Part shown: piece by piece, positions 1 through 11,172 of the stretch | How positions within the stretch are numbered: position 1 is the first letter of the stretch | Layout: every line of letters starts with the position of its first letter | DNA from: Leptogorgia sarmentosa | Taxonomy: Eukaryota | Direction: 5' to 3' | Assembly (NCBI GenBank): GCA_964658305.1 | Contig: OZ210885.1 | Coordinates: 6,262,001-6,326,000, forward strand | DNA: 64,000 bases | Notes under the pieces: generated by a model | The model's input: only the letters and a program-made list of their open reading frames with translations | What the model was told of the DNA's origin: nothing | Database searches by the model: none | Program-made: the position numbers and the translations under genes

Positions 1-289
1 TTCTTTCAATGTTTGCATGGTGAAGATAATATCATTATGTTTGCATTGACATGTTAATGTGACCGTTTAATTATTAACTTACGTGTTCATACTGATCATG
101 ACGACTGTGTGAATTAGAACCACACAGCTAAAGAATTACCACCAATTAATTATCATTAATTAGATGAGTAATTCTTTAGCTCAGTGATTAGAATAACTCA
201 ATGAATAATTTTTCAAAAGCATTCAAAAAACGCACCTATGTTAGGCCTATGTTAAGGTGTATACAGTATATGTACGATATTTACCTTAA

Positions 290-535
290 AGGTGCCCTCC
301 ACTCATAATGTAAACAAATGCTTTGTTGACATTTTGAACAGCTATATTTGTAAAATATGATAATACTAACCGCATATCTAACGCTGTTATGGTTTGCTAT
401 GGTCATAAATGGATATAAACCAGAGTTTTGATTCAAAAAAAGTTCGGAACATTACAAAATTTTTGCAATGTTATATCTGCGGGTCCCGATTTGTTATGAG
501 CAGAACCGATGTGCAGAACGGAGTGGACATCACCT
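290..535. mobile_element. Kolobok-type MITE
   Basis: TIRs AGGTGccctccactc / gagtggacatCACCT; TTAA on both sides (286-289, 536-539); AG...CT termini. Confidence 0.8.
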
Positions 536-581
536 TTAATAATCTCTGTACACTTGTTTAGAATTCCTTTTTCCGCTGCAG

Positions 582-758
582 GTTATCTGATTCGTGTTAA
601 AAAGAAAATAGCCAAATTGGAGAATGAGTGCACTTGGTATGAAGAGGAGATTGGTATTTTAGAGACAGAAATGAAAAACTTCATTAAATACTACAGGAAC
701 AATGTTATTCGGCATATCAAGGCAGAAGAAGCCAACTTGTTACCTCAGCTAAATAATG
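582..758 (+). pseudogene. Isolated phase 1-1 exon resembling the C-terminal helical region of KDZ-type transposases
   Basis: Acceptor ttttccgctgcag and donor gtgagt; 177 bp open; peptide ...EEEIGILETEMKNFIKYY... The family call is from memory of the motif only. Confidence 0.4.
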
Positions 759-1515
759 GTGAGTAATATCCATCAATGTTTTAAAAGTTCCAAAGATGCT
801 GATCGTTCTTCAGGATTCGTATCTAAACATCTTAATATCAAGTCCCTAAATATCCATCAATGACATATGGGTTTCTTTGAAGTATCATCCAACTTCGTGT
901 CATAATTGTTTATTTATCAACTACATATTAATGATTGTAGACACATTATGGTAGTACATTAAACTGTTTTCATAAATTTTAGAATTTTCTCAAACATAGT
1001 CGCTTGTATGAATTCAGTTTGAGTAAAAGCGTTGTTACGAAGCTTTCTCTAAATATTTATTTGTTTTATTATTATTTAAAAAGCAACAAAATATCGAAAA
1101 AGGTAAATTTTGTCCCTTGGGAAATTGTATTTAAAATTCGGGAAATTGAGCAACAAAGAATTTCGAACGAATTTAAGCTTTCTGCTTGTAAACATGCCTC
1201 GTTTAACCATTCAACAACGAGTTTGGGTTTGCTTACAATATGCTACCGAAAATAATGCTGAAGAAGTTATACGACGTTGGCCAATTTAATGGGGTAACGT
1301 TCCTTGTCCAAGTAAACCTAGGGTGATAAAAACTTTTAGCTAATTTTGGGACATTTTAAAAATGCAGTTGCAAATTGAAATGCTAATATCTTGAGTAATA
1401 CTTTACGAAAATACATGTATTATACATGAAAATTTAAGTTAGGCTTTTATGCAACTTTAACATTATTTCTGTTAAATAGCCTGTGTGAATGGTGGTTTGC
1501 GAAATAATCGAAATA

Positions 1516-2345
1516 ATGGTGGTTTGCAAAATAATCTGGTTCAACCCGCCATATAGTATGAATGTCAGAACAAACATAGCGCGAAAATTCCTTCAACTAC
1601 TAGACAAACACTTTCCCGCAAACCACCATTCACACAGGCTATTTAACAGAAATAACGTTAATGTCAGCTATAGCTGTATGCCGAACACCTCAAGACTCAT
1701 CAAATCTCACAACAGAAAGATCCTCCAAGACCAACCTACCGCTACCACCACTACAGAATGCAACTGCAGAAACAGAGAGACGTGCCCCCTGAAAGGTGAA
1801 TGCCTAACAGAGAACGTAGTATACGTGGCAAAAGTCAACAACAGTAAAAACAACGAGGAGAAAATCTACATTGGCCTCACTGAAAGAACGTTCAAGGACA
1901 GATTTTACAAACACAGAAACTCACTACGTCACCACACAAAAGCCAACGCGACAGAGCTCTCAAAATACGTTTGGGATCTAAACAGAAACATAGAGAAAAT
2001 AAACATCGAGTGGTCGATCTTAGACAAAGCCTCAGCCCTCAGAAACGGCTCCAAAACATGCAACCTTTGCCTTTCAGAAAAGTTCCACATCATCTTCCAC
2101 AGCAATGAGAACTTGCTAAACAAAAGAAGTGAAATTCTTTCGACATGTCGTCACAAAAACAAGTTCCTCCTTACCAACTTCAAAGAGACGCCACCGGATA
2201 ATTAAAAAGCAATTAAGAACAATAGTCGCCAGAATAACAACAACTGGGTAGACTATAGAAATAGGCGAATAATTGAATGTAACCAGTCGTCTGATGATTG
2301 CCTAGCATGAAACACTGTGTAACGACTTAGGTATTTCTTTTTATG
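1516..2345 (+). mobile_element. 5'-truncated Penelope-like element: RT C-terminus, GIY-YIG endonuclease and 3' region
   Basis: ORF 1489-2205 has IIWFNPPY, CNC...CPL, VVY...YIGLTE..FKDRFYKH and CNLCLSEK; hammerhead downstream. Confidence 0.9.
2285..2327 (+). ncRNA. Minimal type I hammerhead ribozyme
   Basis: AGTCGT-CTGATGA-tTGCctaGCAt-GAAA-CAC-t-GTG-TA-ACGACT. Stem I is 2285-2290/2322-2327, the core is intact, and predicted cleavage is after GUA at 2321. Confidence 0.85.
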
Positions 2346-2349
2346 ATTA

Positions 2350-3378
2350 CATGTCAAAACTATTTCCGATTTTTTGTTTAGTCAATTTTGTTTGTTTTTA
2401 TCTTTCAAAATACAGAGCTTTTCTTCTAAACATAAATTGCATCTTTTTGTTCCTCCCGTATACGAAATACAATGCTTAATTATAGACCAGTAATGTCGAA
2501 ATCTTTGTTATTATCTTTTAGTCCCCAAATATATTTCGAAAGGTCTGTTTCGTTTGAGTACCTTTTGTGGTTAAATGATTTAATATGGTTTCTATATCGC
2601 TCTTTAAATGTACTTGCCGTCATGCCTATGTAATGTTTTGTGCTGTTTGTGCAGGTGACAGTGGCCTTGTAGACTATGTCTTTGGTCATGCATTTTTCCT
2701 GAAGTGGGCATGTGTTCTTGTCTCTACAAGTGCATAGGTCTGTGGCCTCGCACTGTGGCTTGCTTTTCCTAATCATATGTGTGTTGTGCCTAGAAATTAT
2801 AGACTTGACATTGTTCCTGTAACTGACCTTGACTACCTTGACTGTGTTCCTATTAAAAATCTTGTGTAGCTTGTGGTGAGGTGGAAAATGTATGTCTAAT
2901 AAGCCCAGGAAATCATGTGCCATGTGTGTCTTGACACTCTTGCTGAAAGGGGGATTAAACCAAATGATGTTGCCTTGCCTATTTCTGCATGTTTGTGGTG
3001 CTTGATTCATGTATTCAAGCTTGTGGTCAAAATTGCTGTGCCTTAGTGCGTTTTGGTAAGCAGGAGCACTTTCATGGAATGTGTGCTCATCTGATGAGTG
3101 TCGAAATGCGCTTGTTGATCGATGTGGGGAGTTGTCTTATGATGCTTGGTGGGTGGTTGGAATGTTTGTTTATGTATAGTGGATCGTCATTAGGCTTTCT
3201 ATAGGGCTTAAATTTTCCATTGTTAAGATCGAAAGTGACATCTAAGAAATTTACTACATGCAAATTTGCCTCAGCTGTTATTTTTAAACCAAAATTGTCG
3301 AAACATTTATGGAGTTCTTTCCTGGTTTTATCTGCCAAACGTGCTGATTTGTTTTTCATGATAGCCAATCCATCATCT
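2350..3378 (-). mobile_element. Second, degenerate Penelope-like element (RT 3' half plus GIY-YIG)
   Basis: DDGLAIM...VNFLDVTFDL...PYRKPNDDPLYIN, IIWFNPPF, YIGMTASTFKERY, RCNLCLEEK; frameshifts and stops; broken at the RT catalytic motif. Confidence 0.88.
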
Positions 3379-3420
3379 CAGGGGCGGATCCAGGGGTAGT
3401 CAAAGCGATCATGCGACTAA
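3379..3420 (+). mobile_element. hAT-type terminus interrupting the Penelope RT; partner end not found
   Basis: CAGGGGCGGATCCAGGGG, same TIR family as 4344-5728. Confidence 0.6.
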
Positions 3421-4343
3421 CGTAAAAAATGCAGTTTATGAAATTTTTTCTCATCTATTATTCTAGTGCGAAAATGCGGTCCAGTTTAAAATTTCGTCCA
3501 GTTGCACATTAATCTTTTATCTTGTGTCAGTACAAGTGAACAGCGGCCTAGCGCGTGAGTCTTGATCGCTCACATGTCAAATTCGCGCAATCTGATTGGC
3601 CATTCCGTAGTTCTCCATGGCGACCCAGGTTTTGATCGATCTAGAGGTTGGTCTGATCGATCTAGGGGCATCTTGGCGGTGTGTTAGAGCTCATACAAGC
3701 CACTCAATTGGCTAATTCAAAAAAAGTATCTTCATTCCCATTGGTTGTAATTTTTTGATCGATCATGACCGATCAGACGTTCAGAGAGCTGGTCTCGTGT
3801 TAGAGCCTTTTCGATACTGTGAGCCTTGAACGCAAAGGAGAGAATACAGTGAGTATTTCACAATGTCTTGTGATATTTTCGAGAGTGTACGCTCGGCGTT
3901 TTAGCAAAACGACAAAGTCTACCCTCAAAATGTGTATGATGATTTAAAACGCGAGGTTGAAGCGAGAAGAGGTCCATCGGTCGAAGAATTGTTGAGCGCG
4001 ATTATATAAACAACATAAACATATGTGCCTCAGGCGAAGCTATAGCATCCCCAAAATCTGCTCGAGAAGGGAAACACAAGTTATGAACTGCAATAAGGTC
4101 AAGATATTCGTATTATTTGTTTATTATAATGCTGGTTTATGTCTTTCTCATGTTAATAAATACTAAATAGCGTTTATACATTTCGCGTCATGTGTCTTAG
4201 TGCTTGCGGCAGCCAGCAAGACTTGATATATTTATACTATTAGGTAGTCAAGCGTTAAATTTGCATAATTTTGCGCTAGCTTGTTCTAATCCATGCTGAA
4301 TGCTAATTAAGTAACTGATACACTATTCAAATACACTAGTATT

Positions 4344-5728
4344 CAGGGGCGGATCAAGGATTTTTCCTATGTGGGTCAAAAATCAAAAATTTCAAACAAA
4401 CGAATCGGGGGGGGGGGGGGGTTGGGTTGGTGGCGAGGAGTTTATGAATAGACGGTCTTATTACATCGTACAGACAATTGCCTGAAGCTTAGTTAATATG
4501 TGATGTTTTAAGAGCACTGCACCCAAATAATAGCATATGTGTAACGTATTGTCCCATGTTTACATTTTGCTTGTGAAGGGCAGAAAATTTTCTGATTTAT
4601 AATAAGTTGGAATCCATTAATGTTATCTGACAATTGATAAATATTTGAAGCATTCGCATGTGTTATAAAACATTAAATCTTCAATACCGCTACACCGCCA
4701 CTGACATGATACAGGTAGTCCGGTAATCCTTGTTATTATTGTTATAAACACATATATTTTTGACCGAAGCATTGAACGCAAGATAATACAAATATGCAAA
4801 TTCTAACATGACAGATCTGGTGACAAACACTTGTAATGCAAGCATATTCATATTCATATTATGACAAATATTAAACAAATATATATTATAGCAATGACAA
4901 ATATTAAACAAATATATATTATAGCAATGCACTTTTCTTTCCTCGAATACCCTTCGGAATATATGTCTCCGCTCCAAAATTACGACCAATGGCGTATTCT
5001 GCTGTTTATACTTTATAGCAGACAAAAGCTCTTCGATCGAACTCTTATGAGCACTGACGCGGTCTGAAAGATCGTCATTTCGTCCGAATGCGGACGGAAC
5101 GATATCAAACAATTGCAAGATATTTCCAGCCATTGTGCGACAGAAACACTTTTTATGAACACTTCTGAGTTCTGATAGAACCTACCAATTCAACTTTATA
5201 ATCGAGTAGCCGATCAGAAAGGCCGAAATCAGCGTGATTATTATTCATATAATCATTATTATTATGACCCAAATACCACACGCAGTGACCGTCAAGAAGG
5301 GTCAGAAAAACGTAGCCAATAAGGTTTAAGAATTCATTTGAACTAACCAATCAAAAGGCTAGTGCAAGGCCTAAATTTCCCCAAACAGGTCCTAAATTGA
5401 TAAATAAGGGTCAAAATCGCATCCAACCAATCAAATGCCCGCATTTCATCAGCTGATGGGTCACGCATAAGACTGCAGTTTGACCGTGGCAAGATTTTCA
5501 AGACAGCCGGCTCTCACGCTGCATGAAATATATTAACTGGACTAAGAATTAAGAATTAGGAAGCCTGCAGCTGAACTGCATTTGTTACTGGAAGACAGTG
5601 AGCTATGCAGCTGCGCAAAATATTAAACTGGATTGTTCAGATTTATGTTTAAAATTTGAATAATTAATAGCTTGGCAATTTTTACGTAGGTCAGGTGACC
5701 TGTTTGACCGCCCCTAGATCTGCCCCTG
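4344..5728. mobile_element. Non-autonomous hAT transposon
   Basis: TIRs CAGGGGCGGATCAAGG / CCTAGATCTGCCCCTG; perfect 8-bp TSD CTAGTATT (4336-4343, 5729-5736). Confidence 0.92.
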
Positions 5729-6967
5729 CTAGTATTAACACTACAGTAGGAGTGTTGTGTTATTTAGAATATACTTATAATATGATTTTATACGTTATGC
5801 TTTATTTGTCTGAGTAATATCACACGTGGCCTAATGTGACGTGTCATTGCAATCTGATCTCTTTATCGATATCTAACATCTGACTAGCGTTTCTGATTGG
5901 AACATAGATATTGAGTTAGAACATATACATCTACCCTGCCAACCAGTCAAAATTTTGCACACTGTATTTGCTAATGTAGTAATAACCGTTGGTAGAGTGC
6001 TCAATGGATGACCAGAGCATATTATAATGAATTAAAGTTCAAACATTCAACAGTTAAGACACCACATTTTATTTAGTTTAGTGCTACACGTAACGTGTGA
6101 TACTCTTCAGATAAAATTGTCTAATGACTGGTTATATATTTACAAGGGATTGTATAAAAAACGTAACGTGGCTCACCATGGCTCGTGTTTGATGTGAACC
6201 TTCATAATAGAACTATATAGTAAAAAGCTATATTTTGGTCATCTTAACAAACTCGGTTGCATTTCAACAATTTCTTTGAAACTTTCTGGGTATGACTAAT
6301 TTAGTGAGACTAACAAAATATATAAGTTTCATTTTGATTGGATAAAAACTTAACGCGGCTCACCATGGCTTGTGTTTGATGTGAACCTTCATAATAGAAC
6401 TTTATAGTATATAGTATAAATTTCATTATGGTTGGACAATATATTAATTAAGGTGGTTCGTGTTTGATGTCAACCGACAAAGGAAAAGAGAGTTATTTCG
6501 CGACATCAGGATACAAAATACCGAATTGATCGTTGAGAAGATATCATTACTTTGCTTTATTAGTGCAAAGCTGGGAGGTTCATAATACATTTATTTCTTA
6601 TTATCCATGTTCAATCTGAGATATTTGTGCTATCGAATTGGAACATTTTGCTGCAATAACGATAAATCAAATAATCAATGGGGGTTGAAAGGTATTCCAC
6701 CGCCCCCTTATAAATTTTTGAGGGTGCCTCATTATCAATCCAGTAGATTTTTAAGCCTGAATGGAATATTTGAAGAATAAAGCTTTGCTGTCCACCTTTT
6801 AAACAACTGGCCAGAATTCGAAAATCAATCCGCTATATAATCTTCACTCTACATACGCCACAAAATGATTTAGTTTGAAATTTAATGTGGTTCATAATAC
6901 ACAAACTGGGAACCATAATTTGCCATTTCATTATATGTGCCCGATGTTGTACAGTGTCTATCCTCAC

Positions 6968-7054
6968 CTTATTCTTCGCGTCCAGTTCGGCACCTTTCTC
7001 TATCAGGCATTTCACGACGTCAACATGTCCTCTTGACGTCTGTCCGACGTCAGA
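6968..7054 (-). pseudogene. Partial ankyrin-repeat exon, copy 1
   Basis: ttttag|...GHVDVVKCLIEKGAELDAKNK|gtgag; 87 bp, phase 0-0; lacks the TPLH half. Confidence 0.7.
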
Positions 7055-7103
7055 CTAAAAACGAACATATGACTAATCAATGCTTGGAATGTTTGCATTG
7101 GTA

Positions 7104-7325
7104 AAGTTTGTATTTTACACCACATAATTTTATTGTCGCAAAGCTTTTGATCTGTAAGCCCGGATCTTCAGCAGTGCCAATAATATCTTGTAAGATATTA
7201 TTATAATATTATAGGATACGATATTATATTATATCCCCAATAATATCCTATGAGATATGAAGATCGAAGCTTACGAATCCAAAGCTTTGCGATAATAAAA
7301 TTACGTGGTGTAAACTACAAACTTT
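7104..7325. mobile_element. Palindromic MITE-like element
   Basis: Imperfect ~68-bp inverted arms (aaagtttgta..gatcttca / tgaagatc..tacaaacttt) around an AT-rich core. Confidence 0.65.
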
Positions 7326-7484
7326 ATAAATGTAAGAGTTCCGCACATTACAGGAAATTTAGAGCAAAAAGTTTTTCAAAATAGCGTGGCAGCGTGGCTA
7401 TATTTATGGCAACTGAATGGGAATGGACGGGAATCCAGTCGCGCAGGACGAACATTCTGTTCTGAAATTCCGTACAATGTTCTG

Positions 7485-8800
7485 GAAACATTAGGACTGT
7501 GCTGACATTCCTTATTTATTTTCACTTCTTTTCAAGTTTGAAAAAACAGATCCTGAAAATTATCTAGACCATTAACTATTTCAACTCATCTTGTTCTGCA
7601 AACATCAACCAACTTCTTTTTCTGAACAATTGACCTGGAGCAAAGGAGGAGATGGATATTTTTTTCAAGAGGGATTTGACATGTTTGAGATATGTTAAAA
7701 AATCAGACACTTTTTTAACCCTAGTAAGAATCGATTTATCTGAACCGGTTATCTGAATTGTTTCACAGATAGCCAAATTTAGCCTATGGCTATAGCAGTG
7801 GGTGTATATGGCTTTGTCATTCAACCTTAGAAGGTGAGCAGATAGCTGTTAATATGGCCAGCACCAGCACTGTCATATCCCTGCCCACGGCAGTCAGCAA
7901 CAGAAATGTCAAAGTTACGTAAAGCACTAAGAATGGTCTCAGCAAGTTGTTCCCCTTTCAAACCGAACTTTCAATCAAGAAATCCAACAAACTCCTCCCT
8001 TATATTCATTTTCTGATCAGGGAAACATCACAATGGGTCTTACAAATTCATTGTAACACAAGAGACATCTGTTCTGTTTGAAATGTCCCTAGAATAGAAT
8101 TTGCTAGCTTTTAAGTCAGCAATTATTTTATCAGTTATAATGTCACTGTAACATTTAATGAGTTTGTTTTGTGAAGACTTCTTCGAAGTCTCTGAAGAGA
8201 AGAGCTCTGGTTCTTTCCACAGGATTTGACACCTCCACACACTCTATAATTAAGCAACTCAACAATATTCCCAACACCACCTTTGGAGTAACTACCAACT
8301 TCTGGGTGAAACTGAGAGTCGTCACAATGACCGCGAAAAGCTAAACCGAGGTGACCACACATTCAGGCCTGATTCCACGAAGGCGAAATGTTTCGCGAGA
8401 AATTGTGTCTGCGAAATGCGGATGGTTGCACATGAATGATTTTATTGAATTCTCCGACATTTTTCGTTTTCGCAGTGAGTAGAACTGACGTCTACTCACT
8501 GGCGAAGCGAAAATTTTTCTCGAGAAATCTTATTTGCCTTTATGACGCATGCGTACAATTATTTCACGCTAAAATTTTCGCACTTCGCCAAGAAATATCG
8601 CTTGTGAAATCAGGTCTTTAGAACAGTATCACAAATAGAACTTAATTTGCCTCGATTAGTTTCTACCTCTTTCTTAATCGCATCATCAATGATGACCTGA
8701 ATAGGCTGTATTGCACCAGACATATTGGAGATAAATGCTGTAAAAACAGGAAAGGTACAGCCATGCAACCCCATGTCAGTCCCAGTTTCACGGCTAGCAT
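7485..8800 (-). pseudogene. hAT transposase fragments (P52rIPK/THAP0-like)
   Basis: CGHLGLAFRGHCDD, AIYTHCYSHRLNL and CRGQGYD-type motifs; heavily disrupted. Confidence 0.8.
8365..8617. mobile_element. PIF/Harbinger-like MITE inside the hAT transposase
   Basis: TIRs AGGCCTGATTCCAC / GTGAAATCAGGTCT; 3-bp TSD TTC/TTA; removal restores the host frame DTVLMCGH. Confidence 0.7.
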
Positions 8801-8804
8801 AATG

Positions 8805-9087
8805 TTTCAAGACAGAAGTAGCCCCAGCGCTGGTGGAAGCGTTCAAATTTATTTTGGCTTGCGGATGTAACCTGAAAAAATCATGACAGATCAGGGCACA
8901 GAATTTTTGAACAGACATTTTCGAGCGCTCATGTAAGAAGAAGACATCCAGCTTTACAATGCATATAATGAAACCAAAGCTTCTATTCTGGAACAGTTGA
9001 TTCGTACATTGAAAACAAAAATGTAGCGTTACTTTACAGCCAATAAAGCAATGGGATATGTTGACATGTTACCTAAATTAGTATACG
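8805..9087 (+). pseudogene. Polinton/Maverick-type retroviral-like integrase fragment
   Basis: Manual translation TDQGTEFLNRHFRALM*EEDIQLYNAYNETKASILEQLIRTLKTKM*RYFTANK, covering the second D and E region. Confidence 0.75.
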
Positions 9088-9675
9088 GTGGAACACCGCC
9101 TTAGGGCCACACCCCCCCCCCCATTAATATGGTCACCTCGATAATGCTTTAATTTTTTTGTCCAGACAAAAAACTCATATATTTTATAAGAAAGTTACTC
9201 CGTTAATACGGCCAACGGCCATGTTGTAGAGTTTCAAACTAAAGAAATCACCCGTTAATATGGTCACACAGAAAATAAATGTGTTTCCAGACAGAAATCC
9301 CACTCGAGACAACAAATTTTTCGTCGTTCTACTGCAGTGTCAGATTAATAATAATCTAGTTTTAACGGACAGAAATGCAGTATATTTTAGAACACTTTGT
9401 GTAGTGAAACACACAAATCAAACTGCATCATATTACAAATTTTTCAGTTATCTTTATTATCAGGCACACAAAGGAAAAGAAAGAATATACAAGGTTCTTT
9501 AGCGACGCTTAACTCTTTCTTCAAAATTAGTGAAAACTTTGAGAACTTTATAATGTTTAGTGATTAATTGATATTTAGGGTGGGGTATGGGTGTTATTGT
9601 GATTTTAGAATAAACATATGGCGTCATAATTTAAATTTGATCTCACCCTGTTAATAGGGCCACCCCGTTGGTGAC
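9085..9675. mobile_element. Tc1/pogo-like MITE remnant
   Basis: TACGGTGGAAC start; repeated ccgttaata(c/t)gg(c/t)cac subterminal motifs; other end eroded. Confidence 0.45.
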
Positions 9676-10230
9676 CGGCTATTAGTAAAATCAGGAACAC
9701 CGGAACACCAAGATATGAAACATATAATTGAAATGCATATAATGAAATTAAATAATACACCGGGGTTTGTAACTAAGTATTTACATTGCTAAATGACATT
9801 GCCAACGTGCGCAGTCAAAGTTCATTTTTAAATGCTTTTATTTACGGTGCGCAGAGAACAGTCTTAATTCTTACATAATCACATTCGCCGCAAAAAATTG
9901 CGCTATCGCACAATGTTTGTAGTGTGATATTGTATTTCTTTAGCATAATGGTTGTAAAAAAGTAGCACACGATTCATAAAATATAATGAAGATGAAACCC
10001 AATATCCACGACAATATTATCAACTCAAAACTAAATGTAGACCTTCATTTTGAAAAGCAAAAGCGCATAATGATCGATGTATACCCCAAACCTCCAATCC
10101 AAAATAAAATTTCATAGATTGGTCATGATATGTTAGCTTTTCAAAGTTTACATGCAGTTTTAAATTTCAACACTAATTACACGCATATATAGAGTTGGCT
10201 GGGGTGGTTTTTCAGTATACCGGGAAATAC

Positions 10231-10875
10231 CAGCCTCGTACCCAGGCGCTTCTTAGCTTAGAGATATTAGCAAGAATCTAGATAAGTATGTAGAGATCAG
10301 GTGCAAGCGCGCAAGGGTTGATGGGCAGGCGCGACGGAGGAAGCGCCTGGCAGAATATGCAACAAACATGGTGGGCGACTTGTTATAAATGCAAATGAGG
10401 AAATTGCTGTTCTTTATGAAATTGACAGGCCAGTCCATCGAGCGGTACATTATTCCGAACGGTGTAATTTCTTCTTCCAAACTCGATGATACTATTGAAG
10501 CGAAATATTTAAACGAATTGAAACAACGTAGTGTGTAACTGTGTATGCGAAGCGAGATTTGTCAGAATCGTCATAAAATCAAGATGACAGTATAAAACTA
10601 CCTTCGAAAGATAATTCCTGAAGCGATCTTTCCAAATCATCCATATTTAAGTGCAACCGGTGCGAGATTTTTTAAAAATTATCACATTTTGAAGCTTTTC
10701 ATACGCAGACCATTTTTTGCAAAAGTGGGACACGGAAATTTGCATATTCTGCCAGGCGCTTCACAAGTCCGTCGCGCCTGCCCATCAACTGTTGCGAGCT
10801 CGCGCCCGATCTCTATATATTTTTCTGGATTCTTGCTAATCTCTCTAAGCTAAGAAGCGCCTGGGTACGAGGCAG
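10231..10875. mobile_element. Academ-like non-autonomous element with ~130-bp TIRs
   Basis: CAGCCTCGTACCCAGGCGCTTCTTAGC... inverted at the other end; 9-bp TSD GGGAAATAC/GGCAAATAC. Confidence 0.75.
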
Positions 10876-11172
10876 GGCAAATACCGTTTTTCGGTTTCAC
10901 AAATTTTCAAATACGAAAAACCGAAAAAAAGTCAAAAACTGAAAAAAGCTAGATAAAGAAGTCAGATAACTTCCGTGATTGACGTATGACTCATCACTTG
11001 TGTGGGAACGCAGCATCCATCCAAAGCAAACAACAGCCAATCAGGATCTATCTTAGTGTGCATGTTATTCAAATTTCCATGTTTTGTTTATAGCCTGTCG
11101 CAACTTGCAAGTCAAAACGTGCTCTTAGTTTGAAAAATGTTTTCACACTTTTGCTACACTTAAATTGCCGAG

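Noticed and set aside
4690..5350. ORFs inside the hAT element
   Set aside because: No recognisable domain; they overlap on both strands and include a 33-bp duplication.
5805..6115. Crypton-like or other MITE with tatcacacgt inverted ends
   Set aside because: The inverted match is short and imperfect with no TSD; too weak to call.
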